From: Minisyncoccota bacterium
GTDB lineage: Bacteria; Patescibacteriota; Minisyncoccia; Phycocordibacterales; UBA9973
Length of the DNA stretch: 64,000 nt
Direction: 5' to 3'
NCBI GenBank assembly: GCA_041662525.1
Contig: JBAZSF010000004.1
Coordinates: 1,190 to 65,189, forward strand
Shown here: positions 46,245 through 56,900 of the stretch, piece by piece
Numbering within the stretch: the stretch's first letter is position 1
Layout: every line of letters starts with the position of its first letter
Notes under the pieces: model-generated
Databases searched by the model: none
The model's input: the letters and a program-made list of their open reading frames with translations, nothing else
What the model was told of the DNA's origin: nothing
Program-made: the position numbers and the translations under genes

Positions 46245-46401
46245 ATTAAAAATTTTAAAACCTATCGTCTTGAGTAAGCCGTGGGGCGATAGAGCCTTAA
46301 AAATAACAACAAAGAAAATATAGCATTTTTTAGTAAAAAACTAAAGAAAAATTTATACAACTAGCAATAGCTGTTCTTGCTAATTATGTTATAATTATCG
46401 T

Positions 46402-46872
46402 ATGAAAAAATTTATTCCAGCGATAATAATTATTCATGTTATCGTAGTCGTGGTTTTTGTTTGGCGATTTAATATTAAGAAAGAAACGGTTCCGAAGCCG
46501 AGCCCAGTAATTATTGTTGACATAGGAAATGCAGAAGAGAAAAAAGATCTGATTCGAGTAGCTTTACCTAAGCCCAATGATGTGATAAAAAGCCCACTTG
46601 TTATAAAAGGTGAAGCGAGAGGGAATTGGTTTTTTGAAGCGTCATTTCCTATTAAATTAATAAACTCTGAGGGCAAAGAAGTTCCTCTTTCGCAGGGGTA
46701 CATCATGACTGCGGAAAATTGGATGACGACTGATTTTGTTCCCTTTGAGCAAGCCATCACTTTTCCTCTACAAAAAGCTGGGAAGGGAAAATTGATCTTA
46801 ATGAAGGATAATCCGTCTGGACTTCCTCAATTTGAGGATGAGCTCGTGATACCTATTTCGTTTGGACAATAA
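46402..46872 (+). CDS. Membrane-anchored Gmad2-type Ig-like domain protein
   Basis: N-terminal TM. …IKGEARGNWFFEASFPIKLINSEG… resembles the Gmad2 Ig-like domain. Confidence 0.45.
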   Translation: MKKFIPAIIIIHVIVVVVFVWRFNIKKETVPKPSPVIIVDIGNAEEKKDLIRVALPKPNDVIKSPLVIKGEARGNWFFEASFPIKLINSEGKEVPLSQGYIMTAENWMTTDFVPFEQAITFPLQKAGKGKLILMKDNPSGLPQFEDELVIPISFGQ

Positions 46873-46891
46873 AAATTCTTAAATCTAGTTT

Positions 46892-47107
46892 ATGTTTAAC
46901 CCTGAAAGATTTGTAAAACTAAAACCCTTAGTTCCAGGAGATTACAGAAAAGTTCCACCAGATTGTATCTGTGCTTTTGCGGATAGCAAATGTATTAAAA
47001 GAGTACACAACGGTAAATGTCCTACTAATTGTTTAGAAACTGGAGTATGTGGTGGCTGGGGTCCAAGAAAAGGATTACCAGAGAAAAGCAGGGTTGAGAA
47101 AAAGTAG
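46892..47107 (+). CDS. Small Cys-rich protein (hypothetical)
   Basis: 71-aa ORF with seven Cys. Weak support. Confidence 0.25.
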   Translation: MFNPERFVKLKPLVPGDYRKVPPDCICAFADSKCIKRVHNGKCPTNCLETGVCGGWGPRKGLPEKSRVEKK

Positions 47108-47126
47108 CCGTTGTTGGTTCATAAAG

Positions 47127-48179
47127 TTACTCTTCAATTTTTGGTTTTTCCACTTCGAGAAGGGCTAGCTCGGGGGAGGATCCGGCTATGCGGAGGACGT
47201 CTTTGTCTATTTTTTTAAGTTCTTTATTTGAAGCGTTGTAATGATTCACGACTGTCCCTAAGGCATTACCGAGCTTGTTGTGGTATTCGTCATAAGATTT
47301 TAAATGCTTGCCTAGGTCTTCCACTTTTTTAATTATTTCCTTGGCTGATTCTTCTATTTGGAGAGCTTTGAGTCCTTGCAGGACAGTCTGTAAATATGCG
47401 AGGAAGGAAGTGGGACTCGTGATGATGACTTTATATTTTCCAGCGGCGCGTTGGATTAGATTTTCATTTTCACTGTCATTTATGTTTACCGCTCCGACTT
47501 TATTGGTAAGTAAGTCGTAATAAATGGCTTCATGGGGGATAAACATAAAAGCAAAGTCGGTGGTGCCACGGGTGGGCTGGATGTATTTGGCTGTTTCGGT
47601 AATGCGATTTTTTAAATCATTCACAAAAATTGTTTCTAGCTTTTTCTTCTCTGCACCGTCTCGCTCTTCTACCATTTTATTATAATTTTCTAGTGAGAAT
47701 TTTGAATCTATCGGAATGATTTTATCTTTGACAAAGACGACTGCATCCACTATCGTGCCATCAGGAAAAGGGTATTGCATTTGATAGCTTCCAGGAGGAA
47801 GCACATTTTTCAAAACTGTTTCTAAATAATATTCACCTAAAATTCCTCTTTGTTTTGGATTTTTTAAAATATTTTCCAAGCTTTGGAGCTGATCTGCGAA
47901 AGAAATGACTTGTTTATTTGTCTCGTCTAGGCGAGTGAGTCTTTCTGTTACATCACGGATTATTTTATTAGATTCACTTGAGTGAAATTGCAAGCTTTCT
48001 CGTACTTGTTTATGTGATTCACCGATTTTACTATCTACAGTTCTAGAGAGTTCATTTATTTGAGTTAGAATTAGACTTAATCCTGTGTCATCTTTTTTTT
48101 CTTCTTTTTTCCCATTCAAAAGAAAGTAAACAATTAATCCTCCGCCAATTATTCCTAATATAATCCAAAGAATTTCCAT
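47127..48179 (-). CDS. rmuC: DNA recombination protein RmuC
   Basis: N-terminal TM, long coiled coil, C-terminal RmuC nuclease-like domain (…TTDFAFMFIPHEAIYYDLL…). Confidence 0.72.
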   Translation of the reverse strand: MEILWIILGIIGGGLIVYFLLNGKKEEKKDDTGLSLILTQINELSRTVDSKIGESHKQVRESLQFHSSESNKIIRDVTERLTRLDETNKQVISFADQLQSLENILKNPKQRGILGEYYLETVLKNVLPPGSYQMQYPFPDGTIVDAVVFVKDKIIPIDSKFSLENYNKMVEERDGAEKKKLETIFVNDLKNRITETAKYIQPTRGTTDFAFMFIPHEAIYYDLLTNKVGAVNINDSENENLIQRAAGKYKVIITSPTSFLAYLQTVLQGLKALQIEESAKEIIKKVEDLGKHLKSYDEYHNKLGNALGTVVNHYNASNKELKKIDKDVLRIAGSSPELALLEVEKPKIEE

Positions 48180-48194
48180 ATATTTATTTTAAAA

Positions 48195-48926
48195 TTATTT
48201 ATTTAAATAATGTTTCAAAGTATAAATCCAATCTTCGTCTATGCCGTCACCATTTAGCTTTTGATCTAAAAGCCATTGCAAGTAACCCCTGTCTGTCTTT
48301 ACCACTTCTTCGATTCTTTTGCCATTATGTTTACCGAATTTAAAAGTATGTAAAAGTGAAGGATGGGAAGAAATTTCTATCATTTTATTTATTATTTCTT
48401 CTTCAGTAAGTTCTCTTCCTTCCTCTGTCAGGATCTTCGACATTTTATTTTTTAGTCTTTCAAAAAGTTTTTCCAAGACTAAAACATCTCCCATAGCATC
48501 ATGAGCCGTTGCTTCTACTTCTATCTCTAATAGATAACGCAAGTATTGCAGGTTATATTTTTCTATTTTTTCTTCTTTGTCTAAATATCTCACTAGTCGT
48601 AAGGTGCAAATGAAATTGGCAGGGAAAATATCTTCTTTTTTTATGATAGCTAAGTCAAAGGAGGCATTGTGAGCTATGACAACAGAATCTTTAGCTTCAA
48701 AAAGTTTTTTAATTGTTGCTTGGTCAGTGCTTTCTTTGAAGGTAGGCTTTTCAGCCACCATTTTGTTGGTAATGTGGTGCACCGCTGAGGCTTCTGGGGG
48801 GATTTTTATTTCAGGTTTATAAAGACCCATAAAAATTCCGTCATTACTTTTATAAGCAATCTGAACCAAAAAATCTTTCTCTGTATTACCTGTAGTTTCC
48901 GTGTCAAAAAATATTAATTTAGACAT
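48195..48926 (-). CDS. DEDDh 3'-5' exonuclease (DnaQ/epsilon-like) with a C-terminal extension
   Basis: Exo I FFDTETTG, Exo II …AHNASFDL…, Exo III …HDAMGDV…. Confidence 0.8.
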   Translation of the reverse strand: MSKLIFFDTETTGNTEKDFLVQIAYKSNDGIFMGLYKPEIKIPPEASAVHHITNKMVAEKPTFKESTDQATIKKLFEAKDSVVIAHNASFDLAIIKKEDIFPANFICTLRLVRYLDKEEKIEKYNLQYLRYLLEIEVEATAHDAMGDVLVLEKLFERLKNKMSKILTEEGRELTEEEIINKMIEISSHPSLLHTFKFGKHNGKRIEEVVKTDRGYLQWLLDQKLNGDGIDEDWIYTLKHYLNK

Positions 48927-48960
48927 AGTGCTATTTTAGCATATTTTTGATATAATTTAT

Positions 48961-49078
48961 CCAGATTTTTAAAATATCAATTTTTCTTCGGTACAGATTT
49001 TTTGAAGCTTAAAAAATCTTGAAGTTCTCGGCTCGACAGCCTCGAAACCCCTGCAAAAAATTATATTTTTAAAATCTA
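48961..49078 (+). mobile_element. MITE-like element, copy 2
   Basis: TIRs cagatttttaaaatatcaattttt / aaaaaattatatttttaaaatctag. Same core as copy 1 but lacking its 37-bp GC-rich segment. A compensatory C-G to T-A change in the agattttt[c/t]gaagctt[g/a]aaaaatct hairpin. Confidence 0.65.
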
Positions 49079-49082
49079 GATT

Positions 49083-49532
49083 ATGCTACATGAACAAATA
49101 AAAAACGGAATAAAAGAAGCGATGATGGCCAAAGACGCTTTACGCTTAAAAGCTTTTCGCGCAATGTCTTCGGCTTTTACAAATGAGCTTGTAGCCAAGA
49201 ATAAAAAACCACAAGACATGTTAACTGATGAAGAAGCATTAGCTGTCATTACGAGACTTGCAAAACAAAGAAAAGACTCCATAGAACAATTTAAAAAAGG
49301 GAATCGTGAAGATTTGGTAAAAGAAGAACAAGAAGAGCTCGCTATTCTTGAAACTTATTTGCCAAAATTGATGGACAAAAGTGAGGTAGAAAAGATTGCG
49401 CGAATTAAAAAAGAAGAATTAGGCATTGTTGACGCCACTCAAAAAGGGATGTTGATGTCTGCTTTAATGAAAGATTTAAAAGGAAAAGCAGATGGAATGA
49501 TAGTTAAAGAAATTGTAGATAGTTTATTTTAG
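49083..49532 (+). CDS. GatB/YqeY-domain protein
   Basis: MLHEQIKNGIKEAMMAKD…LKAFRAM… pattern typical of YqeY. Confidence 0.78.
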   Translation: MLHEQIKNGIKEAMMAKDALRLKAFRAMSSAFTNELVAKNKKPQDMLTDEEALAVITRLAKQRKDSIEQFKKGNREDLVKEEQEELAILETYLPKLMDKSEVEKIARIKKEELGIVDATQKGMLMSALMKDLKGKADGMIVKEIVDSLF

Positions 49533-49547
49533 CTTTAATTTTATTGT

Positions 49548-50150
49548 ATGCATACAGTAAATCTTTTAACTAGCTTGGTAGAGAATCATCAGACTCTAGC
49601 TTATTTGGTAGTTTTTTTAGGATCAGTTTTTGAAGGAGAATTTCTTTTGATTTCTGCTGGAATTTTAGCGCATCTCGGAGCTTTAAATTTTTGGTTTTCT
49701 CTATCTTTTATTTTATTAGGCGCAATAACTAAAACTTTTATTGGGTATAGATTGGGTGAATTTTTGTTTAAAAAGTTTGAACACCATAAATTTTTTAAAT
49801 ATATTCAAAAAAAAGTATATGGTATTTTGCCTAGATTTAAAGAAAAACCTTTTTGGTCTATTTTTATATCTAAATTTATAATGGGCGCTAATAATTTAGT
49901 TATTATTTTTTCTGGTTATGAAAAAATAAATTATAGAAAATTCTTAATGGCAGAAATTTCTGCTACAATAATTTGGGCTCCAGTTTTATTATCACTTGGA
50001 TTTTTCTTTAGTTATACCGCATTGCATATCAGTAGGGAAATTTGGAAATTCTCGGCAATAATTTTGATTTTGTTTGTTTTATTTATTCTTTTTGATAAAT
50101 TAGTCAGTTGGTTTTATAAGATATTTGAAGAATTTTATGATAAAAAATGA
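49548..50150 (+). CDS. DedA-family (SNARE-associated) membrane protein
   Basis: …VFEGEFLLISAGILA… DedA signature and hydropathy profile. Confidence 0.68.
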   Translation: MHTVNLLTSLVENHQTLAYLVVFLGSVFEGEFLLISAGILAHLGALNFWFSLSFILLGAITKTFIGYRLGEFLFKKFEHHKFFKYIQKKVYGILPRFKEKPFWSIFISKFIMGANNLVIIFSGYEKINYRKFLMAEISATIIWAPVLLSLGFFFSYTALHISREIWKFSAIILILFVLFILFDKLVSWFYKIFEEFYDKK

Positions 50151-51054
50151 AAAATTAAAGTTAAGCAAAAAGTTAGTTACGCACAATGGTTCTTTTCATG
50201 CAGATGATATTTTTTCAGCAGCAATTTTTTTAATTTTGCTTGAAAAAAAAGGAGAGACTTTTGATATAATTCGCACTAGAGACGAAAAGATCATTGAGAC
50301 AGGTGACTATATTTTTGATATTGGAGGAATGTATAATCCTGAAGAAAACAAATTTGATCATCATCAGGTAGGTGGAGCAGGTAAGAGATCAAGCGGTATT
50401 GAGTATGCTGCATGCGGTTTGGTTTGGAAAAAATTCGGGATAGACCTTTGTGGATCTCAAAAAGTGGCTGATTTAGTAGATGGAATTTTAATTGCACCAA
50501 TTGATGCAGGAGATAACGGTTTTGATTTAGTAGAAAATAAATATGAAACTTCACCTTATTTTATTCAACATGCTTTTAATGCGATGCGACCAACTTGGAA
50601 AGAAGTAGATTTAAATGAAGATGAAATGTTTTTGAAATGTGTAGTGATGGCAAAAGAAATTTTAATGCGAGAAATAATTCAAGCACAAGATGCTCTTTTG
50701 GCGGAAGAAATGGTGTTTTCAATTTATGAAAAGACTGAGGATAAGAAAATTATTGTTTTAGATGAAAATTATCCATTTGAGTATACTTTAAATAATTTTC
50801 CTGAACCATTGTATGTGATTTACCCGAGAAAGAGTGATGGATTCTGGGGAATCAGAGCGGTACGGAAAGATCCAAAAACTTTTTTAAACAGGAAAAATTT
50901 CCCCAAACTCTGGGCAGGACTCAGGGATGAAGAGCTTCAGAATGTTACAGGAGTCAGAGATGCAATATTTTGTCATCGTGGATTATTTCTAGCCGTGGCA
51001 AAGTCAAAAGAAGGGGCTATCAAATTGGCGCAAATTGCGGTAGAATCACTATAG
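50125..51054 (+). CDS. UPF0160/MYG1-family metal-dependent hydrolase
   Basis: N-terminal HNGSFHADD motif and about 300 aa. Confidence 0.75.
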   Translation: MKNFMIKNEKLKLSKKLVTHNGSFHADDIFSAAIFLILLEKKGETFDIIRTRDEKIIETGDYIFDIGGMYNPEENKFDHHQVGGAGKRSSGIEYAACGLVWKKFGIDLCGSQKVADLVDGILIAPIDAGDNGFDLVENKYETSPYFIQHAFNAMRPTWKEVDLNEDEMFLKCVVMAKEILMREIIQAQDALLAEEMVFSIYEKTEDKKIIVLDENYPFEYTLNNFPEPLYVIYPRKSDGFWGIRAVRKDPKTFLNRKNFPKLWAGLRDEELQNVTGVRDAIFCHRGLFLAVAKSKEGAIKLAQIAVESL

Positions 51055-51097
51055 GCTCATAAAATATCAATTGATATTTTATGAGCCATATAAATAT

Positions 51098-52111
51098 ATG
51101 GCATTTATTGACGAAATTAAAATAGAGGCATCAGCAGGACGCGGTGGAGACGGTGTCGTGCGTTGGCGTCAAGAGAAATTTATACCAAAAGGTGGGCCTG
51201 CAGGCGGAGATGCCGGACGTGGTGGGGATTTCTATGTTATTGCTGTGCGTGATATCAATATTCTTTCAAAATATAAAGCAAAAAAAAGCTTCAAAGCTTT
51301 CCGTGGAGAGGACGGTGGAAATAAAAGTTTGCATGGCGCAAATGGTAAAGATTTTTATCTTGAATTACCAATTGGCTCTATCGTTACAAATATAGAGACT
51401 GATGAAGTTTGGCAACTCACAGAAGAAGGGCAGAAATTTATGATTTTAAGAGGTGGTTATGGTGGTTTTGGTAATGAACATTTTAAAAGCTCTACTAACA
51501 CAACTCCCCAAGAATCAAAAGAAGGGCAGGAGGGTGAAAAGGGAAATTTTAAAATAGAGCTAGAGATTTTTGCAGATGTAGGATTTGTCGGTCTTCCGAA
51601 TGCAGGGAAAACTTCTTTATTGAATTCCTTAACTAATGCAGAAGCGAGAGTCGGGGATTATGCTTTTACTACTCTCGATCCAAATTTGGGAGAATTTTAC
51701 GGTTATATTATTGCTGATATTCCAGGAATCATAGAAGGAGCATCAGAGGGTAAGGGTCTCGGTGTAAAATTCTTGCGACATATTAAACGTACAAAAATGC
51801 TCGCGCACCTAGTGTCTTTTGAGAATCTATCTAAGGGTTCGACTGGTATGATGAAGGTTTATAAAGAAATTCGCAAAGAGTTAGAAAAATATGATAAAAA
51901 ATTAGGTTTAGGTGAAAACGGATTGTCTTCTAAAAAAGAAATATTAATTTTAACAAAAAGTGATTTTATCGATGATAGTAAAATTATTGAAAGGGAAATA
52001 AAAAAATTCGAAAAACTTGGAAAAAAAGTTTTTGTCCTGTCTTTGTTTGATGATAAAATGGTAAAAAAATTCAGAGATGGGTTGGTAAAAATTTTAAAGT
52101 CTTCATCATAA
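51098..52111 (+). CDS. obg: GTPase Obg
   Basis: Obg fold with Gly-rich repeats (GRGGDGVV…GGPAGGDAGRGGD). G1 GLPNAGKTS, G3 DIPG. The longest ORF starts at 51071. Confidence 0.9.
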   Translation: MAFIDEIKIEASAGRGGDGVVRWRQEKFIPKGGPAGGDAGRGGDFYVIAVRDINILSKYKAKKSFKAFRGEDGGNKSLHGANGKDFYLELPIGSIVTNIETDEVWQLTEEGQKFMILRGGYGGFGNEHFKSSTNTTPQESKEGQEGEKGNFKIELEIFADVGFVGLPNAGKTSLLNSLTNAEARVGDYAFTTLDPNLGEFYGYIIADIPGIIEGASEGKGLGVKFLRHIKRTKMLAHLVSFENLSKGSTGMMKVYKEIRKELEKYDKKLGLGENGLSSKKEILILTKSDFIDDSKIIEREIKKFEKLGKKVFVLSLFDDKMVKKFRDGLVKILKSSS

Positions 52112-52115
52112 TTAT

Positions 52116-52146
52116 AAAAAGCCGGACAATCTGTCCGGCTTTTTAT
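52116..52146. terminator. Bidirectional Rho-independent terminator
   Basis: aaaaagccggacaatctgtccggcttttt. Confidence 0.85.
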
Positions 52147-52157
52147 AATTTGTCTAA

Positions 52158-53948
52158 TTAACAACCTACTCCCACTTTCCAAAATTCTATAGCTTGAAGA
52201 ATTAAGGAATTTAAAACATTGCCGATCTTCCATTGACCTATATAAGATAAAATTTCCGCATTACCAATAACACCATCGAGATTTGTGTCAGCTGTAGTTT
52301 GACAAGCAGGGCCGACCGCTGTCACGGTAACTATTGAAGCATTACTAGTTACTGCGTCTGAAGTCGCAGTGATGTTTGTCGTACCAGCAGCTACTGCTGT
52401 TACGAGACCCGTAGCACTCACTGTAGCTACTGCTGTATCAGAAGAATTCCAAGTCATCGCAGGTTGAGTCGCTAGAGCTACACTATTTTGATCTAAAGCA
52501 GAAGCTGATAGTTGAGAAGTACCTGCGACTACTATACTCGCTGTTGTTGGTGTGACTGAAATTGAAGTGAGGACGGGATTTGGGGTAATAGCCACCACAT
52601 TGACAGTCCTGGTAACCGACGTAGCTGGATTACCAGCGGCGTCAGAAACGTTGTAGGTCAAAATGTAACTCCCCAAAGTGGCTGTATCTACTGTACCGGT
52701 GACAATTATGTTGGCAGTGATATTGCCATCCACATCATCAGAAGCAGTGGCTCCTGGATCAGTGAAGACACTTGCTTGAACCACATCCACTGGGTTAGCT
52801 CCAAGTAATATAATGACTGGGAGAGTGGTGTCAGCAGGTGGTGAAACAGCTGTAATAATTATTGTGACTGGAGATGAAACTGGCGCTGATACCATGTCAT
52901 CAACAATTACATTAAAATTATAAGTTCCTGCTATGCTTGGGGTCCATGAAAATGTTCCCATGGCATTAATTGATGATCCAATAGGCGCATTCGCGTCAAG
53001 CGTATACATTAGCATTCCCTGATTTGGATTAGTGGCAATTACATCAAATGTTACTGCTTGCCCAACTGTTCCATTTTGTTGAGGTATTGGGGTTATGACT
53101 GGAGATGCTGCAAAGCTAGCGCTGATCGTATGAGCAATAGTAACGTTGGTGAAGGTGTAAGTCGCAACTGCGCCAACTGAAACTCCGTCCACCAAAACAT
53201 CCGCTACTACGAAATTAGTATTCGGAGTTATGGTGTAAGCTCTATTTGCTCCATGATTAACCGACGTCACTCCAAGAGGAGAAATTGTTCCGTTGGCGCC
53301 CGTCGAAGATGTAATGTTGTAAGTATTAATCGCGAAACTTGCATTGATCGTGTGAGTAGTTGTTACATTATTAAATGTATAATTTAAAACTGCTCCGACT
53401 GAAGATCCGTCAACTAAAACATTAGCTATATGATAACCGGTGTTTGGTGTAATTGTATAACTTTGACTTGATCCGGAGTTAACAGGGGTTGTTCCAGCTG
53501 GAGTAACTGTCCCTCCCGCGGTACTTGCAACTGAAACTATATTATGAGTTGTTGCTGTAGATGATATTACCAAATTTACGTTTGTTAACGGTTCAACAAC
53601 AAATGATCTGGTTACGTTTGTACTAAATGCTCCAAATGTCGCGTTTAATTGAATTTGATCTCCAGCAACGGTACAGATATTTAGGTTGCTTGTGTCGATC
53701 TGGTAAAATCCTCCCAAAGAGGTTACGACTGATAGTGCGGGGGATCCATTTGTAACGTCAGTAAGCGTGACAGTGGCATTATCAGTCGCTATACCATTAA
53801 ATGTAACTGTCCCATAAAATGTATTTAGCGGACATCCTTGAGCCGCAATAGCCGGGGTAGGCGAGATGAAAGCAAATTGCATTATCGCGGAAGCTACTAT
53901 CAAACTTACTATTTTTTTTATTGTATTTTTTGAGATATTTATGTTCAT
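52158..53948 (-). CDS. Secreted surface protein with Big_2 Ig-like domains and a Cys-flanked dockerin-like C-terminal module
   Basis: Signal peptide. Big_2-type segment (VLTSISVTPTTASIVVAGTSQLSA…). C-terminal CQTTADTNLDGVIGNAEILSYIGQWKIGNVLNSLILQAIEFWKVGVGC, almost identical to the C-terminus of the 60637-62598 protein. Confidence 0.6.
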   Translation of the reverse strand: MNINISKNTIKKIVSLIVASAIMQFAFISPTPAIAAQGCPLNTFYGTVTFNGIATDNATVTLTDVTNGSPALSVVTSLGGFYQIDTSNLNICTVAGDQIQLNATFGAFSTNVTRSFVVEPLTNVNLVISSTATTHNIVSVASTAGGTVTPAGTTPVNSGSSQSYTITPNTGYHIANVLVDGSSVGAVLNYTFNNVTTTHTINASFAINTYNITSSTGANGTISPLGVTSVNHGANRAYTITPNTNFVVADVLVDGVSVGAVATYTFTNVTIAHTISASFAASPVITPIPQQNGTVGQAVTFDVIATNPNQGMLMYTLDANAPIGSSINAMGTFSWTPSIAGTYNFNVIVDDMVSAPVSSPVTIIITAVSPPADTTLPVIILLGANPVDVVQASVFTDPGATASDDVDGNITANIIVTGTVDTATLGSYILTYNVSDAAGNPATSVTRTVNVVAITPNPVLTSISVTPTTASIVVAGTSQLSASALDQNSVALATQPAMTWNSSDTAVATVSATGLVTAVAAGTTNITATSDAVTSNASIVTVTAVGPACQTTADTNLDGVIGNAEILSYIGQWKIGNVLNSLILQAIEFWKVGVGC

Positions 53949-53999
53949 TTTTTTTATTAATTTTTTAATTGGTAAATATTTTTCGACTTTAAAATATTT

Positions 54000-56900
54000 T
54001 TATGGTCGGTGAATGAATATTCCATCACCTTGATTGATAATGAAATCATTCAATGGAAACCCGATTATATGGCTACTATATTGCTGTATTGCCGAGTCCC
54101 ATTTGGTAACAACATCAGTACCGGCAAGTGAAGCGCCAAAAGTTTCTGCCGTGGTTGATATTGCGCTGACCCATCCAAGAAGATTCCAGCCAGTTATGGG
54201 ATTATAAGTGGCTTGAGCTGGAGATCCTTGGAATACAAATGGACTAGCTGCTGGAACATTCACAAAGAAACCATCACCTATAGTAAGATTAAAGTTATTC
54301 AATGGAAATCCAACTATATGACTGCTGTATTTCTGTGTCAGAGAATCCCATTTTACAACGACCGTTGCACCGACTGTTTGTCCAAAGTTTTCCGCTGTTA
54401 ATGTCATAGGAGTCCCCTGAGCATCAAGCGGAGTTGCGGGTAGTGTAACTAAATTCCATCCATCGTTTAGTGAAAGCATATAACTTCCAGGAGGAAGATC
54501 TCCCGCTGTTACATTGGCAGTGTTGGAATATGTTGAATTAGCAGTTGCGGTAGGGAAGCCAATTGAGGGATCCGCGTATATTTGTGTATCGCCAACAACA
54601 TTATTGGCAAAAACTCTATAATAATATGTCTGCCCCGGTTGGATAGAATTATCCAAGTATGCGGTTGCATTAACCGGAGATGTGTAAGTTATCAATCCGC
54701 TCGTAAATCCAGAGTTGGTAGCTTTTTGAATTGTAAATCCAGTTTCACTTAATGAATTATCATTCCAATTTAACTGCACTGCATTAGAAGCAAAATTTGC
54801 TGTTAAATTTGAAGGAGCTTCCGGTGGAGTGGCGAATAAAACTGCATGCATCATATCCATTTCTTCATGCGCTAAGAGATGGCAGTGATAAACATATTCC
54901 CATCCATAGTTTACATAATGATTGTTTACTGTGACATTGTTTCCATTAGGATCTTTGAGTCCGCCAGGTGGTAGCATTAACGGCGCACCCTCAGGCAATG
55001 TGGGATCAATCAAGCGCACACTATTGGGAACTGGGAATGGTTGAGTTGGAGCAAATGCTCTGAAAGCAACTATGGTGTCTTGTAAAGGATTCACTCTAAA
55101 TGTTTCCTTCCACCCGAGTTCGTTGGCATCAGGCGGTCTTATAGCACCATCCCAGGCGACTCTGTTTATAAGCTGAGCATTAAACAGGTGGGTATGGATG
55201 GTATGAGTGTCTACACCATTGTGTGTAATTTTCCAGATTTGGGTGCCGTCATCAAGAGATCCTATCGGTGTTCCGTATACAGAGCCTTTGACGATTTCAA
55301 CTGGCGGAGAGGCAAAACCGGAAAGAATGAGTAATTGTCTGTTAACTTGTGATGCTGGAAGTTCAAGCCCGAGAAATCCACTCATTCTTCCGTATTCCGA
55401 ATCGAATGCTTCGCCCTGCTCATCTTGGATAGCTTTTGTTTGGAAAGGTATAGTGACATTATCACCGGCGAGAGTATTGAATGTTTTTGATGCGTCATGA
55501 ATACTGGCATAATTATCTGTTGTAATATTAGAATTATAAGCTGAATTATATGCAGTTTGCGGTATGATAACTTCATCCTGAGACACTTCGAAAACTCCGC
55601 GTTTTGTACCAGGTCCTTTGGCAAATACCGCTTCTAGTGCGCCTAGATTGTATGCAGTCGCTGGAGTGGTAGGCGCCACTCTGATTTGCATTACAGTTCT
55701 TATATTAGGACCGTAACCGGCTTGGGTTGTCGGAGCTCCGCCTATGTCTGTCAAATCCGGGTCTCCGGTATGATAATCATAACGAGCATCAGCGGCTGGA
55801 AATGCTGCCGGAGCATCGTTGTATAAAATAATTGTTTTGCCCGCGTACTGTGAAAAATCAACAATTACATCCGCTCGTTCAGCCGTACCAAGGATAAGAG
55901 TTCCTTTGTTAACTAATCCCATGTCAAAGTTTGTCGGGTCCATATTCCAGTCAACTGGTTGATTGGGCAATACTACCGGTGCTGGCAAGAATCCTCCTTC
56001 GGTTCCAATTTGAATAAATGTCGGACCTGCGGTTGTCGGATCAGGCACCCCTCCTTCTCGTCCATCTTTTGGCCAATCTTCCGGGAATCCGGGAGTAGAG
56101 ACAGCTGGTACCATTTTTATTTCCGTGTTTGTTCTGCCATCAGGGGTAATAATTGTCGGATCTGCAACATAGAACTGTAAATTAAGGAAACGATCATCTG
56201 CGGCATTTAAAATTCTAAATCTGTACGCTTTTGGGTCTACGTTCATATACGGATACACTGTTCCATTGACAATGGGAGTGTCCATAAAAGCTTCCATCGC
56301 CATAGACTCATTTGGTGTTCCAGGCATTTGAGCTGGTTCCCATGGTGCACCTACTGGATCATAATATGGATTTGGAAGCGGGCCTTGAGTTACCCCAGTT
56401 GTTGGTGGCCAAAACCATGGACCATAGTGCCATCTCCCAAAAGCATTCATTCCGCTGGGATCCGCAGGATTTTGGTTTGGCATATAAACGTGTGGGTACC
56501 AAAGATCGCCATCTTGGGGAACTCCTGGTACTGCTGAATCCCACGTTGGATCTTGCATCGCAAGAGTACTGGTATCAATAAATGTTCTATCTTGAATAAT
56601 TAACGGGATACCAATATCCGGAAGAACTTTCACCAACCCAGGGTTAACTCCGGAATCATTTGTTCCATTAATTAAATCTTGTTCTACTTGGTCGGTAATT
56701 AAATATCCAGCCGCTTCTCCTGCATAAACATTTAAACGGGTAATTCCAAAAGAATGATCATGATAGAACATCAATCTAGCACTTTGTTGGTTGTTATAGT
56801 AAAAAGTAAGTGAACCATCTCCAGGGTTATTTGTTGCTCCTGGGGTTGGCGCTGTAATTTGACCGACTGTGTCTGCGACTACACTGCCATTTACAAACCA

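Noticed and set aside
46262-46297. Possible tRNA pseudogene or fragment (cctatcgtct…gcgatagagcc) next to tRNA-Glu(CTC)
   Set aside because: Only the 10-nt 5' segment matches the tRNA and no cloverleaf can be drawn. It is reported instead as a leader inverted repeat.
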